A stretch of 64,000 nt of DNA from an uncultured Variovorax sp. Its GTDB lineage: Bacteria > Pseudomonadota > Gammaproteobacteria > Burkholderiales > Burkholderiaceae_C. Numbering within the stretch: position 1 is the first letter of the stretch; every line of letters starts with the position of its first letter. Below, piece after piece: positions 1-9,708 of the stretch. Below the pieces are notes generated by a model, which saw only the letters and a program-made list of their open reading frames with translations, was not told the origin of the DNA and did not search any database. Location: positions 4,408 to 68,407 of the forward strand of contig CBHTTS010000001.1 in assembly GCA_966095775.1 (NCBI GenBank), written 5' to 3'. The position numbers and the translations under genes were made by a program.

Positions 1-1
1 C

Positions 2-625
2 TACCGCCCGAGCCTGCGCCTGTTCGAGCTCGGCACGCTGGTCTCGGAAGCCACCGACATCGGCGCGCTGGCGCGGCCGCATCTCGCGGCGCTCGCGCAG
101 GCCACGGGCGAGACCATCCACCTCGCGGTGCTCGACGGGCCCGAGATCGTCTACCTCGACAAGTTCGACAGCCCGCTGCCGGTGGCCGCCTACTCGCGCA
201 TCGGCGGCCGCGCGCCCGCCTGCTGCGTGGCGGCGGGCAAGGCGCTGCTGGCCGCGGACCGGCTCGACGCGGCCGCGCTGCGCGTCCTTTTCGGCACGCT
301 CGAGGCGCACACGCCGAACAGCATCACCGGCTTCGACGCGCTCGAGGCCGAACTCGAGCGCACGCGCATGCGCGGCTATGCCGAGAACCGCGAGGAATGG
401 CGCCTCGGCGTCTGCGGCCTCGGCGTGCCGGTGTTCGACGCGCGCGGCCGGGCCGTGGCCGCGGTGGGCATGAGCGTGCCTTCGATCCGCTTCGCGCGCA
501 CCCAGGCGCGCGCGCTCGCCGAGCGCGCCATGGCCTGCGCGCGCGACGCCAGCGCCGCGCTCGGCTACCGGCCCGGCGCGGCCGGCCCCGCACCCGCTAC
601 CACCAAGAGAAGGAGACTCGAATGA
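2..625 (+). CDS. IclR family transcriptional regulator (SauR-like), 5' truncated by window edge
   Basis: Open frame from window start (YRPSLRLFELG...GETIHL). IclR C-terminal motifs (RGYAENREEW, GVPVFD); directly upstream of sau genes. Confidence 0.9.
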   Translation, partial: YRPSLRLFELGTLVSEATDIGALARPHLAALAQATGETIHLAVLDGPEIVYLDKFDSPLPVAAYSRIGGRAPACCVAAGKALLAADRLDAAALRVLFGTLEAHTPNSITGFDALEAELERTRMRGYAENREEWRLGVCGLGVPVFDARGRAVAAVGMSVPSIRFARTQARALAERAMACARDASAALGYRPGAAGPAPATTKRRRLE

Positions 626-1611
626 AGATGTTCGCCCCCTGGCTGCGTGCGGTGCTCGTGGCCGCCGCGCTGCCCTGCGTCCTCGCGGCCGCGCCCGCGG
701 CCCATGCGCAGGCCGACTATCCGAACAAGCCGATCCGGCTCGTCGTGCCCTACCCGCCCGGCGGCGGCACCGACGTGATCGCGCGCATCGTGCAGGAGCG
801 CTTCCAGGCGCTGCTCGGCCAGCCGGTGCTGATCGACAACCGCGGCGGCGCGGCCGGCTCGATCGGCACCGAGATCGTGGCCAAGGCGCCGGCCGACGGC
901 TACACGGTGCTGTTCACGCTGTCCTCGCACACCATCAACCCGGCGATCTACGCCAAGCTTTCGTTCGACACCGCGCGCGACTTCGCGCCCGTGGGGCTGA
1001 TCGCCTCGCTGCCGCAGATCCTGGTGGCCAATACGCAGTTCGCGCCCAACAGCGTGGCCGAGCTGGTGAAGCTCGCCAAGGCCAAGCCGGGCGCGCTGTC
1101 GTTCGCCTCGGTGGGCAACGGCTCGCCGGGCCACCTCGCGGGCGAGCTGCTGAAGCTGCGCACCGGCACCGAGATGACGCACATCCCCTACCGCGGCGGC
1201 GGGCCCGCCGTGACCGACGTGATGGGCGGGCAGGTGCCGCTCTTGTGGGTGTCGATCCCCGCGGCCGCGCAGTTCGTCAAGGCCGGCAAGCTCAAGGCGC
1301 TCGCGGTCTCGACCACCAAGCGCAGCGCCGCCTTCCCCGACGTGCCGACGATGCAGGAGGCCGGCATCGCCGACTTCGACGTCGACTCCTGGTACGCGGT
1401 CTTCGTGCCCGCGAAGACGCCGCAGCCCGCGATCGACCGGCTCAACCGCGTGATCAACACGGTCGTGAAGGAGCCCGAGATCCGCGACAAGTTGCTCGCC
1501 CAGGGCAGCGAAGGCGTGGGCGGCACGCCCGAGCAGCTCGGCAAGGTCGTCGCGACCGAACTGGTGCGCTGGCAGAAGCTCGCCAAGGAAGCCAACATCA
1601 AAGTGGACTGA
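622..1611 (+). CDS. Bug/TctC tripartite tricarboxylate transporter substrate-binding protein
   Basis: AGGAG RBS before ATG 622; signal peptide; YPNKPIRLVVPYPPGGGTD, IDNRGGAAG, APADGYT, HIPYRGGGPA. Confidence 0.95.
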   Translation: MKMFAPWLRAVLVAAALPCVLAAAPAAHAQADYPNKPIRLVVPYPPGGGTDVIARIVQERFQALLGQPVLIDNRGGAAGSIGTEIVAKAPADGYTVLFTLSSHTINPAIYAKLSFDTARDFAPVGLIASLPQILVANTQFAPNSVAELVKLAKAKPGALSFASVGNGSPGHLAGELLKLRTGTEMTHIPYRGGGPAVTDVMGGQVPLLWVSIPAAAQFVKAGKLKALAVSTTKRSAAFPDVPTMQEAGIADFDVDSWYAVFVPAKTPQPAIDRLNRVINTVVKEPEIRDKLLAQGSEGVGGTPEQLGKVVATELVRWQKLAKEANIKVD

Positions 1612-1627
1612 CACCGACGGACATCGC

Positions 1628-3070
1628 ATGGAAAACGCACAGCCCTCCCCCTCCTCCCCCATCGCCGAGCTCGTGGCGCGCGCGCGCGCCGCGCAGCGCA
1701 TCGCCGAGACCTGGTCGCAGGCACAGGCCGACACCGCCGTCGTCGCGGCGGGCTGGGCCATCATCGAGCCCGCGCGCAACCGCGAACTCGCCGAGCTCGC
1801 GGTGGCCGACACCGGCGTCGGCAACGTCGAGGACAAGGTGCGCAAGAACCACCGCAAGACCTTCGGCCTGCTGCGCGACCTGCGCGGCGCCCGCTCGGTG
1901 GGCGTGATCGCCGAGGACCCGGCGCGCGGCATCGTCGAGATCGCACGCCCCGTGGGCGTGGTCTGCGCGATCACGCCCTCGACCAACCCGGGCGCCACGC
2001 CGGCCAACAAGATCATCAACGCGATCAAGGGGCGCAACGCGGTGATCGTGGCGCCCTCGCCCAAGGGCTGGTCGACGGCGGCGCGGCTGATCGAGTTCAT
2101 CCACCGCCAGTTCGACCGCATCGGCGCGCCGCGCGACCTGGTGCAGCTGCTGCCCGCGCCGGTCAACAAGCAGTCGACCGCCGAGCTGATGCGGCTGTGC
2201 GACCTGGTGGTGGCGACGGGCTCGCAGGCCAACGTGCGCGCGGCCTACGCGAGCGGCACGCCGGCCTTCGGCGTGGGCGCGGGCAACGTCGCGGGCATCG
2301 TCGACGAGACCGCGGACGTCGAGGCCGCGGCCGACCGCATCCTGCTGTCGAAGACCTTCGACAACGCGACCAGCTGCTCGTCGGAGAACAGCCTCGTGAT
2401 CGTCGACGCGGTGCGCGCGAAGATGCTCGCCGCGCTCAAGGACCGCGGCGCCGTGATGCTCGCGCCCGCGCAGAAGGCCACGCTGCAGGCATTGATGTGG
2501 CCCGAGGGCCGGCTCTCCAGCGCGGTCATCGGCCAGTCGGCGCAGACGATCGCGCTGCGCGCCGCCGAGCAGGACGGCGCGGGGCGCGAGGCCTGGCGCG
2601 CGATCGCGGCGGCGCAGCCGCGCGTGCTGATGGTGGCCGAGGAAGGCTTCGGCCACGACCACCCGTTCTCGGGCGAGAAGCTCAGCCCGGTGCTCGCGGT
2701 CTATGCGGCGCGCGACTTCGCGCATGCGACGGAGATCGTCGAGCGCATCTATGCCTACGAGGGCGCGGGCCATTCGGTGGGCCTGCACAGCGCCGTGGCG
2801 GAACGCGCGCTCGCGCTCGGCCTCACGCTGCCGGTCTCGCGCGTGATCGTCGACCAGGCGCACTGCATCGCCACCGGCGGCAGCTTCGACAACGGCCTGC
2901 CGTTCTCGCTCTCGATGGGCTGCGGCACCTGGGGCCGGAACAACTTCTCCGACAACATGAACTACCGGCACTACCTCAACATCACGCGCGTGTCGCGGCC
3001 GATCCCCGAGAGGGTGCCGGGCGAGGACGAGATCTTCGGCGCCTTCTTCGCGCAGTACGGGGCGCAGTGA
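1628..3070 (+). CDS. sauS: Acylating (CoA-dependent) aldehyde dehydrogenase, sulfoacetaldehyde dehydrogenase SauS-like
   Basis: ITPSTNP, GVGAGN, SKTFDNATSCSSENS, GEKLSPVL, SMGCGTWG motifs; adjacent to a CoA ligase, TauE and IclR as in sau clusters. Confidence 0.8.
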   Translation: MENAQPSPSSPIAELVARARAAQRIAETWSQAQADTAVVAAGWAIIEPARNRELAELAVADTGVGNVEDKVRKNHRKTFGLLRDLRGARSVGVIAEDPARGIVEIARPVGVVCAITPSTNPGATPANKIINAIKGRNAVIVAPSPKGWSTAARLIEFIHRQFDRIGAPRDLVQLLPAPVNKQSTAELMRLCDLVVATGSQANVRAAYASGTPAFGVGAGNVAGIVDETADVEAAADRILLSKTFDNATSCSSENSLVIVDAVRAKMLAALKDRGAVMLAPAQKATLQALMWPEGRLSSAVIGQSAQTIALRAAEQDGAGREAWRAIAAAQPRVLMVAEEGFGHDHPFSGEKLSPVLAVYAARDFAHATEIVERIYAYEGAGHSVGLHSAVAERALALGLTLPVSRVIVDQAHCIATGGSFDNGLPFSLSMGCGTWGRNNFSDNMNYRHYLNITRVSRPIPERVPGEDEIFGAFFAQYGAQ

Positions 3071-3071
3071 G

Positions 3072-4604
3072 ATGGCGGCCGGCGGCGATACCGTTCATGG
3101 CCTGGTCGAGCGCGCCGCGGCGTGGCAGCCGCAGGCGGTGTACGCGGTCGCGACCGACACGGGCGCGGCCATCGACTTCGCCGCGCTCGCGCGCGGCTGC
3201 CGGCGCGTGGCCGGGGTGCTGCGGCGCGCGGGCGCGCGGCCCGGCGACACCGTCTCGCTGGTCATGCCCAACGGCCTGCAGGCGCTGCGGCTGCTGCTCG
3301 GCGCGATGCATGCGGGCTTCGTGGTGCATCCGGTCAACCTGCTGTCGCAGCCCGAGCAGATGCGCTACGTGCTCGTGCATTCCGACTGCCGCGTGGTCTG
3401 CGTCGCACCCGAATGGGCCGAGCGCGTGCGCGCGATGCTGGTCGATGCGGGCCGGCCCGTGGACCTGCTCGTGGTCGACGCCGACGCGCCCGCGCTGCCC
3501 GGCGAGCGCGCGGACGACGAGGCCGCGGCGCCGGTGCCGCCCCCGCCCGACGCGGTCGCCCTGCTGATGTACACCTCGGGCACCACCGGCCATCCCAAGG
3601 GCGTGATGCTGACGCAGTCGAACCTGGCGGCCAATGCGCACGCCATCAGCGCCGAGCATGCGCTCGCGCCCGAGGACCGCGTGCTCGCGGTGCTGCCGCT
3701 CTACCACATCAACGCCTTCTGCGTGACCATGCTCGCGCCGCTGGCGCACGGCGGCAGCCTCGCGATGCCGCCGAAGTTCTCGGCCGGCCGCTTCTGGCAG
3801 CAGGCCGCGCAGGCGCAGTGCAGCTGGATCAACGTGGTGCCGACCATGATCTCCTACCTGCTCGAGGGCGGGAAGCCGCCGCCGGCGGAGACCGCGCACT
3901 GCGCGCGCATCCGCTTCTGCCGCTCGGCCTCGGCCGCGCTGCCGCCCGAGCACCACCGCGCCTTCGAGCAGAAGTTCGGCATCGGCATCGTCGAGACCAT
4001 GGGCCTGACCGAGACCGCCGCGCCCTCGTTCTCGAACCCGATGGACCCGGCGCGGCGCAAGCTCGGCTCGGTCGGGCGCGCCTCGGGCTGCGAGGCGCGC
4101 GTGATCGACGCCGCCTTCGCCGAAGTGCCCGACGGCACGACGGGCGAGCTCGCGATCCGCGGTCCGAACGTGATGCGCGGCTACTACAAGAACGACGAGG
4201 CCACGCGCGCGAGCTTCACGCCCGACGGGTGGCTGCGCACCGGCGATCTCGGGCACCGCGACGCCGACGGCTTCTTCTTCGTGACGGGCCGCATCAAGGA
4301 GCTGATCATCAAGGGCGGCGAGAACATCGCGCCGCGCGAGATCGACGAGGCGCTGCTCGCGCATCCCGCGGTGCTCGACGCGGCGGCCGTGGGCGTGCCG
4401 GACCGCCACTACGGCCAGGAGGTCGGCGCCTGCATCGTGCTGCGCGAGGGCTGCGCCTGCACCGAGGACGAGCTGCGCGCCTTCAGCGTCGCCGCGCTCG
4501 GGCGCTACAAGGCGCCGGGCCACTACCGCTTCGTGGCCGAACTGCCGCGCGGTCCTTCGGGCAAGGTGCAGCGGCTCAAGCTGCTGCCGCTGTTCGAGGG
4601 ATGA
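3072..4604 (+). CDS. sauT: AMP-forming acyl-CoA ligase, sulfoacetate-CoA ligase SauT-like
   Basis: YTSGTTGHPKG, MGLTE, WLRTGDLG, GRIKELIIKGGENI, SGKVQR; follows sauS by 1 nt. Confidence 0.75.
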   Translation: MAAGGDTVHGLVERAAAWQPQAVYAVATDTGAAIDFAALARGCRRVAGVLRRAGARPGDTVSLVMPNGLQALRLLLGAMHAGFVVHPVNLLSQPEQMRYVLVHSDCRVVCVAPEWAERVRAMLVDAGRPVDLLVVDADAPALPGERADDEAAAPVPPPPDAVALLMYTSGTTGHPKGVMLTQSNLAANAHAISAEHALAPEDRVLAVLPLYHINAFCVTMLAPLAHGGSLAMPPKFSAGRFWQQAAQAQCSWINVVPTMISYLLEGGKPPPAETAHCARIRFCRSASAALPPEHHRAFEQKFGIGIVETMGLTETAAPSFSNPMDPARRKLGSVGRASGCEARVIDAAFAEVPDGTTGELAIRGPNVMRGYYKNDEATRASFTPDGWLRTGDLGHRDADGFFFVTGRIKELIIKGGENIAPREIDEALLAHPAVLDAAAVGVPDRHYGQEVGACIVLREGCACTEDELRAFSVAALGRYKAPGHYRFVAELPRGPSGKVQRLKLLPLFEG

Positions 4605-5401
4605 GCCTCGCGGAACTGCTGACGCCGCCGCTCGCGCCGCTGCTGCTCGCCTGCAGCCTCTGCGTGGTGTTCGCCGCCGGCGTGGTGCGCGGCTTCGCGG
4701 GCTTCGGCTTCTCGGCGATCACGGTGGCGGGCCTGTCGCTCGTGATCTCGCCGGCGCGCGTGGTGCCCGCGATCTTCATGCTCGAAGTGCTCGCGAGCCT
4801 GAGCCAGCTGCGCGGCATCGCGCGCGCGATCGACATGCGGTGGCTGGGCTGGCTGATGCTCGGCAACCTGCTGGCCATCCCGCTCGGCGTCGCGCTGCTC
4901 GCCTGGCTGCCCGAAACGCCGCTGCGCCTCCTGATCGGCGCGCTGCTGATGGCCGCGGCCCTGCTGCTGCGTGCGGGCACGCGCGCGGCGCTCGAGCCCA
5001 CGCACGCGGTGCGCTTCGCGGCCGGGCTGGTCTCGGGTTTCATCAACGGCGTGGCGGCCATTGGCGGCATCGCGCTCGCGGTGCTGCTGAGCACCACCGC
5101 CATGGCGCCCGCCACGCTGCGCGCCACGATGATCGCGCTGCTGCTGTTCAGCGACGTGGTCTCGCTCGCGAGCGCCGCGCTCATGCCTGCGGCCGCGCAT
5201 GCGAGCGGCAGCCTGCTGGGCGCCGACACCGTGCGCTGGGCGCTGTGGCTCGCGCCCGCGATGCTGGCGGGCATCTGGTGCGGCCAGCGCGCGTTCGGCG
5301 GCGTCTCGCCCGCGCAGTTCCGCCGCCATGTGCTCAACCTGCTGATCGTGCTGGCGGCCGTGAGCGTGCTGCGCTCGCTGGCCGCCCTGGCTTCGGGCTG
5401 A
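4601..5401 (+). CDS. Sulfite exporter TauE/SafE family membrane protein
   Basis: AGVVRGFAGFGF motif, multiple TM segments; ATGA overlap with sauT. Confidence 0.85.
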   Translation: MSLAELLTPPLAPLLLACSLCVVFAAGVVRGFAGFGFSAITVAGLSLVISPARVVPAIFMLEVLASLSQLRGIARAIDMRWLGWLMLGNLLAIPLGVALLAWLPETPLRLLIGALLMAAALLLRAGTRAALEPTHAVRFAAGLVSGFINGVAAIGGIALAVLLSTTAMAPATLRATMIALLLFSDVVSLASAALMPAAAHASGSLLGADTVRWALWLAPAMLAGIWCGQRAFGGVSPAQFRRHVLNLLIVLAAVSVLRSLAALASG

Positions 5402-5436
5402 CGGCGCCGCCGGCCACTGGCTATGCTGCGGCGCCC

Positions 5437-6426
5437 ATGCGCGTTCCTCGTCTTCTTCGCTCCCTCCTTCACGCCGCGCCGCTGCTGCTCGCGGCGCCGG
5501 CGGCCGTCGCCTCGGTCTGCGACGACACCGCCCTCCAGCCGCCGCCCGCACGCGCCCTCGCGATGGCCGCCGCGGCCCGGCGCGAGCACCTCGCCTTCGG
5601 CGAGCAGGCCATGGACGCCGAGGGCCGGCTGGTCGAATCGGGCCGCGCCGAGGCCGACGACGGACGCAGCCCGCGCTTCGCGCCCGCGCCGTGGCAGCGC
5701 GTGCTCGGCTATTGGCAGGCCGTCGAGCGGCCCGGCGCGAGGCTGCCTTCGCTCGTGCGCTTCGGCGCGCTGCGGCCGGCCGACCGCCACCTGCTGCTGC
5801 AGGCGCTCAACCAGGCCAGCGCCGCGCGGCTGCAGGGCCTCGGGGTGGGCCCCGACCAGGGACTGGAGGCGGCCGAGCTCCATGCGCTCGCCACGGCCGT
5901 GAACCGCGTCGCGGTGATCGACACGCCCTGGTCGGCCGCGTTCGTGCGGGGGCTGGCGCGGGCGGCGGGGCGCGCCCCCGACGAATTCGTGTTCTCCGAG
6001 GCGCACGTGGACTACGCGGGCGCCGCCTGGCAGGCCGGCGCCGCCGAGGCCGCGGGCCGCGCGACGCGCCAGGCGCTGCGCGCCTGCGACCTCGTGCGCA
6101 CGTCGCCGCGGGTGGGCGACCTGGTCTGCCATGCGCGCGGCGCGCGCTCGGCGCTCGACAGCTTCGCGCGCCTCGGCGAGGTGCTCGCGACCCGGCCCAC
6201 CGGCGGCGAGGCGCTGCCGATGCATTGCGACGTGGTGGTGGCGGTCGACGCGCGCGGCTTCGAGGCCGTCGGCGGCAACGTGCTGCAGTCGATCACCGCG
6301 CGCCGGCTCGATTTCGCGCCGGGCACGCGCGTGCTCGATCCGAGCTACTACCTCGAAGGCTGCACGGGCTGCATGGATCGGCACATGAGCCGGCAGCCCT
6401 GGGCGCTGCTGCTGCAGTGGCGTTGA
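5437..6426 (+). CDS. DUF2272 domain-containing secreted protein
   Basis: Signal peptide; PWSAAF, SEAH..Y, PRVGDLVC, HCDVVV, GGNV motifs. Confidence 0.8.
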   Translation: MRVPRLLRSLLHAAPLLLAAPAAVASVCDDTALQPPPARALAMAAAARREHLAFGEQAMDAEGRLVESGRAEADDGRSPRFAPAPWQRVLGYWQAVERPGARLPSLVRFGALRPADRHLLLQALNQASAARLQGLGVGPDQGLEAAELHALATAVNRVAVIDTPWSAAFVRGLARAAGRAPDEFVFSEAHVDYAGAAWQAGAAEAAGRATRQALRACDLVRTSPRVGDLVCHARGARSALDSFARLGEVLATRPTGGEALPMHCDVVVAVDARGFEAVGGNVLQSITARRLDFAPGTRVLDPSYYLEGCTGCMDRHMSRQPWALLLQWR

Positions 6427-6442
6427 AGGCGCCGCGGAAGGC

Positions 6443-6754
6443 TCAGGCCTGCACGATCCGTTTCATCAGCAGCGCCTTCAAGTCCCTTCGGGTGTCGCAG
6501 ACCAGATGGATGTAGGCCGTGTCGCCGCGCACCTCGTAGACGATGCGATTCATGCCCGAAAGCACCTGCCTGTATTGCGCGATGTTCAGGTTTCGAAACT
6601 CGTCGGGAATCAGCGGATGCGCCTCGATGCGCGCCACGGCATCCTTGATCTTGCAATAGGTCGTCGACCAGGTGCCGGCGCCGGAGTTCTTCACGACATA
6701 CGTGCGCAAGTCGCGCAGGTCCGCCTCCGCAGAACGGAGGAAGACGACCCTCAT
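6443..6754 (-). CDS. Type II TA toxin, RelE/ParE family
   Basis: 103 aa, VVFLRSAEADL...RIVYEV...VCDTRRD; overlaps antitoxin stop by 4 nt. Confidence 0.9.
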   Translation of the reverse strand: MRVVFLRSAEADLRDLRTYVVKNSGAGTWSTTYCKIKDAVARIEAHPLIPDEFRNLNIAQYRQVLSGMNRIVYEVRGDTAYIHLVCDTRRDLKALLMKRIVQA

Positions 6755-7026
6755 GCCTGGTCTTCCTCGCCATCGAGTTCGCCGAACACCTCGGCCGCGG
6801 AGCGAAACTGCCCCTGTTCGATCTCACGCTGGCCCAGAGCGAGGATCTTGAGCAGCGCCAGCGCTTCCTCGTGCTCTTCATAGGAACGCACGTCCATCAC
6901 GACGAGCTTCGCCTCGCCGTTCTGGGTGATCAGCATCGGTTCGCGGCTTTCCGAAATCTCCTTGACGATCTCGGCGGCGTGGCTCTTGAGGTAGCTGATG
7001 GGTTTGACCTGCGTGGAGAGCTTCAT
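6751..7026 (-). CDS. Type II TA antitoxin, Phd/YefM family
   Basis: MKLSTQVKPISYLKSHAAEIV...PMLITQNGEAKLVVMD, typical Phd/YefM sequence. Confidence 0.92.
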   Translation of the reverse strand: MKLSTQVKPISYLKSHAAEIVKEISESREPMLITQNGEAKLVVMDVRSYEEHEEALALLKILALGQREIEQGQFRSAAEVFGELDGEEDQA

Positions 7027-7043
7027 GGGTCGATCCTTTCGAC

Positions 7044-7074
7044 ATTCGGACTGATTATGGTCCGAATTCAGTCC
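7044..7074. promoter_or_regulatory. Putative TA autorepression operator (overlapping palindromes)
   Basis: ATTCGGAC-N8-GTCCGAAT (7044-7067) overlapping GGACTGA...TCAGTCC (7048-7074), just upstream of the antitoxin start. Confidence 0.6.
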
Positions 7075-7090
7075 ACGACGGGGCAAGACT

Positions 7091-7903
7091 TCAAAGAAGC
7101 CCGCCCATCCGCCCCGCCGCCGCCTGCAGCGCCCCGATGCGCGCCACCGCGTCGTCCATCGACATGCGCGCGGTGGGCGCATGCACCGCGAGCGCGGCGC
7201 GCACGGCGCCCGCGGCATCGCGCACCGGCACCGCGACGGCCACGAGGCCGGCGATGAATTCCTCGCGGTCGCGCGAATGGCCGCTCTTCGCGATCTCGTC
7301 GCACTCGGCGCGCAGCGCCTCGGCGGTGACCAGGGTGTTGGGCGTCATGCGCTCGAGCGGCAGCTGCGCGATCAGCGCGTCGCGCGCCTTCCTCGGCATC
7401 AGCGCGAGGAACAGCTTGCCGCTCGCGGTGCAGTGCAGCGGCACGTGCGAGCCCACGTCGAGCGTGAGCCTGAGCGGCCACTGGGCCTCGACGCGGTCGA
7501 GGTAGAGCACCCGCGCGCCGTCGAGCGTCGTGAGGTTGCAGGTCTCGCCGACCTCGCGCACCAGCGCGGCGAGCACCTCGTGGCGCAGGCCGCGCACGGT
7601 GCCGTGGTTGAGCGTGTCGAACGCGAGCTGGCGCAGCGCGGGACCGACCACGAAGGAGCGCTCGTCCACATCGCGCGCGAGGAAGCCGGTGGCCACGAGC
7701 TGGCCGCAGATGCGGTGCGCGGTGCCCTTTGGCAGGCCGAGCTGCGCCGCGAGCTCGGCCAGCGTGAGCGCGCGGCCCTGGCTCGCGAGCAGCGCGAGCA
7801 CGCGCAGGCTGCGCTCGGCGGACGAGCCCGAGGAAGGCTCCTCGTTGGCGGCGGTGACGGGGTCGGAAGGCTGGTCGGCAGACGCGCGCGCGGAACGTGG
7901 CAT
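7091..7903 (-). CDS. IclR family transcriptional regulator
   Basis: HTH LAELAAQLGLPKGTAHRI; GETCNL; PLHCTASGK. Confidence 0.93.
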   Translation of the reverse strand: MPRSARASADQPSDPVTAANEEPSSGSSAERSLRVLALLASQGRALTLAELAAQLGLPKGTAHRICGQLVATGFLARDVDERSFVVGPALRQLAFDTLNHGTVRGLRHEVLAALVREVGETCNLTTLDGARVLYLDRVEAQWPLRLTLDVGSHVPLHCTASGKLFLALMPRKARDALIAQLPLERMTPNTLVTAEALRAECDEIAKSGHSRDREEFIAGLVAVAVPVRDAAGAVRAALAVHAPTARMSMDDAVARIGALQAAAGRMGGLL

Positions 7904-7921
7904 AGGGAAAAACCTTAAAAG

Positions 7922-7938
7922 TGGAACGTTGCGTTCCA
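7922..7938. promoter_or_regulatory. Putative IclR operator
   Basis: Perfect palindrome TGGAACG-TTG-CGTTCCA between divergent IclR and GMC genes. Confidence 0.65.
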
Positions 7939-8003
7939 AAATCCGTTGTCCTACGATGCATTGCATCGCTGATGTGATTGTTCCATTGCCTGGAGGCCCC
8001 TGG

Positions 8004-9647
8004 ATGCGTGACGAGGAGTTCGACTACATCGTGGTGGGTGCCGGCTCGGCGGGCTGCGTGCTCGCGGGACGGCTCAGCGAGGACCCGGCCACGCGCGTGC
8101 TGCTGCTCGAGGCGGGTCCGGCCGACCGGTCGCTCTGGATCCACCTGCCGATCGGTTACGGCAAGACGATGTGGAGCCCGACCTACAACTGGCGCTTCGA
8201 GACCGACCCCGACCCGAACATGAACGGGCGCCGCATCTACTGGCCGCGCGGCAAGACGCTGGGCGGCTCCAGCTCGATCAACGGCCTGATCTACATCCGC
8301 GGCCAGCGCGAGGACTACGACCACTGGGCCGCGCTCGGCAACGAGGGCTGGGGCTACGAGGAAGTGCTGCCCTACTTCGTGCGCTCCGAGGGCAACCAGC
8401 GCGGCGCGAACGCCTTCCACGGCGCCGACGGGCCGCTCAAGGTGTCGGACATCGGCGCGCGGCACGAGCTGATCGAGGCCTTCATCGAAGGCGCCGCGCA
8501 GACCGGCGTGCCGCGCAACGAAGACTTCAACGGCGCCACGCAGGAAGGCGCGGGCTACTACCAGCTCACCACCCACAAGGGCTGGCGCTGCAGCACCGCC
8601 AAGGCCTACCTGGGGCCCGCGAAGCAGCGGCCGAACCTGCGCATCGCGACCGAAGCGCTCGCGACGCGGCTGGTGTTCGAGGGCCGGCGCGCGGCGGGCG
8701 TGCGCTACCGCCAGGGCGGCGTCGAGAAGACCGCGCGCTGCCGCGCCGAGGTGCTGCTCGCCGCGGGCTCGATCCAGTCGCCGCAGCTGCTGCAGCTGTC
8801 GGGCATCGGTCCGCGCGAGCTGCTCGCGCGCTTCGGCATCCCGCTGGTGCACGAGCTGCCCGGCGTGGGCGAGAACCTGCAGGACCACCTGCAGATCCGC
8901 CTCGGCTACGAGTGCGCCAAGCCGATCACCACCAACGACCAGCTCAACTCCTGGTTCGGCCAGGCCAGCATGGGCATGCAATGGCTGATGCACCGCGCCG
9001 GACCGCTCGCGGTCGGCATCAACCAGGGCGGCTGTTTCATGCGCGCGCTGAAGGACGCGCACGGCCGGCCCGTGGCGGCCACGCCCGACATCCAGTTCCA
9101 CGTCGCCACGCTCTCGGCCGACATGGCCGGCGGCAAGGTGCATCCCTATTCGGGCTTCACGATGTCGGTGTGCCAGCTGCGGCCCGAGTCGCGCGGCCAC
9201 GTGCGCATCCGCTCGCTCGACGCGGCCGAGCCGCCCGAGATGCAGCCCAACTACCTGTCGACCGAACTCGACCGCGCCACCACCGTGGCCGGCGTGAAGG
9301 CCGCGCGCGCGATCGCCGCGTCGGGCGCGATGCGGCCCTACGTCGCGCGCGAGGTCAAGCCCGGCCCGGGCGCCGTCGACGATGCCGACCTGCTCGAGTT
9401 CTGCCGCAACAACGGCGCCACCATCTTCCATCCCACCGGCACCTGCCGCATGGGCCGCGACCCGCTCGCGGTGGTCGATGCGCGGCTGCGCGTGCACGGC
9501 GTGGCCGGGCTGCGCGTGATCGACTGCTCGGCCATGCCGACGCTGGTGTCGGGCAACACCAACGCGCCGGCCGTGATGATGGCCGAGAAGGCCGTCGACA
9601 TGATCCGGGAGGACGCCCTGGCGGCGGCCCCGGCGCTTCAGATCTAG
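8004..9647 (+). CDS. GMC family FAD oxidoreductase (choline dehydrogenase-like)
   Basis: [46 protein letters not shown]. Confidence 0.93.
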   Translation: MRDEEFDYIVVGAGSAGCVLAGRLSEDPATRVLLLEAGPADRSLWIHLPIGYGKTMWSPTYNWRFETDPDPNMNGRRIYWPRGKTLGGSSSINGLIYIRGQREDYDHWAALGNEGWGYEEVLPYFVRSEGNQRGANAFHGADGPLKVSDIGARHELIEAFIEGAAQTGVPRNEDFNGATQEGAGYYQLTTHKGWRCSTAKAYLGPAKQRPNLRIATEALATRLVFEGRRAAGVRYRQGGVEKTARCRAEVLLAAGSIQSPQLLQLSGIGPRELLARFGIPLVHELPGVGENLQDHLQIRLGYECAKPITTNDQLNSWFGQASMGMQWLMHRAGPLAVGINQGGCFMRALKDAHGRPVAATPDIQFHVATLSADMAGGKVHPYSGFTMSVCQLRPESRGHVRIRSLDAAEPPEMQPNYLSTELDRATTVAGVKAARAIAASGAMRPYVAREVKPGPGAVDDADLLEFCRNNGATIFHPTGTCRMGRDPLAVVDARLRVHGVAGLRVIDCSAMPTLVSGNTNAPAVMMAEKAVDMIREDALAAAPALQI

Positions 9648-9708
9648 TTCCGCAAACGGCGAAGGCCCGCCAGAGGCCGCGACGACGACAACCGAAGGAG
9701 ACAGGCAA

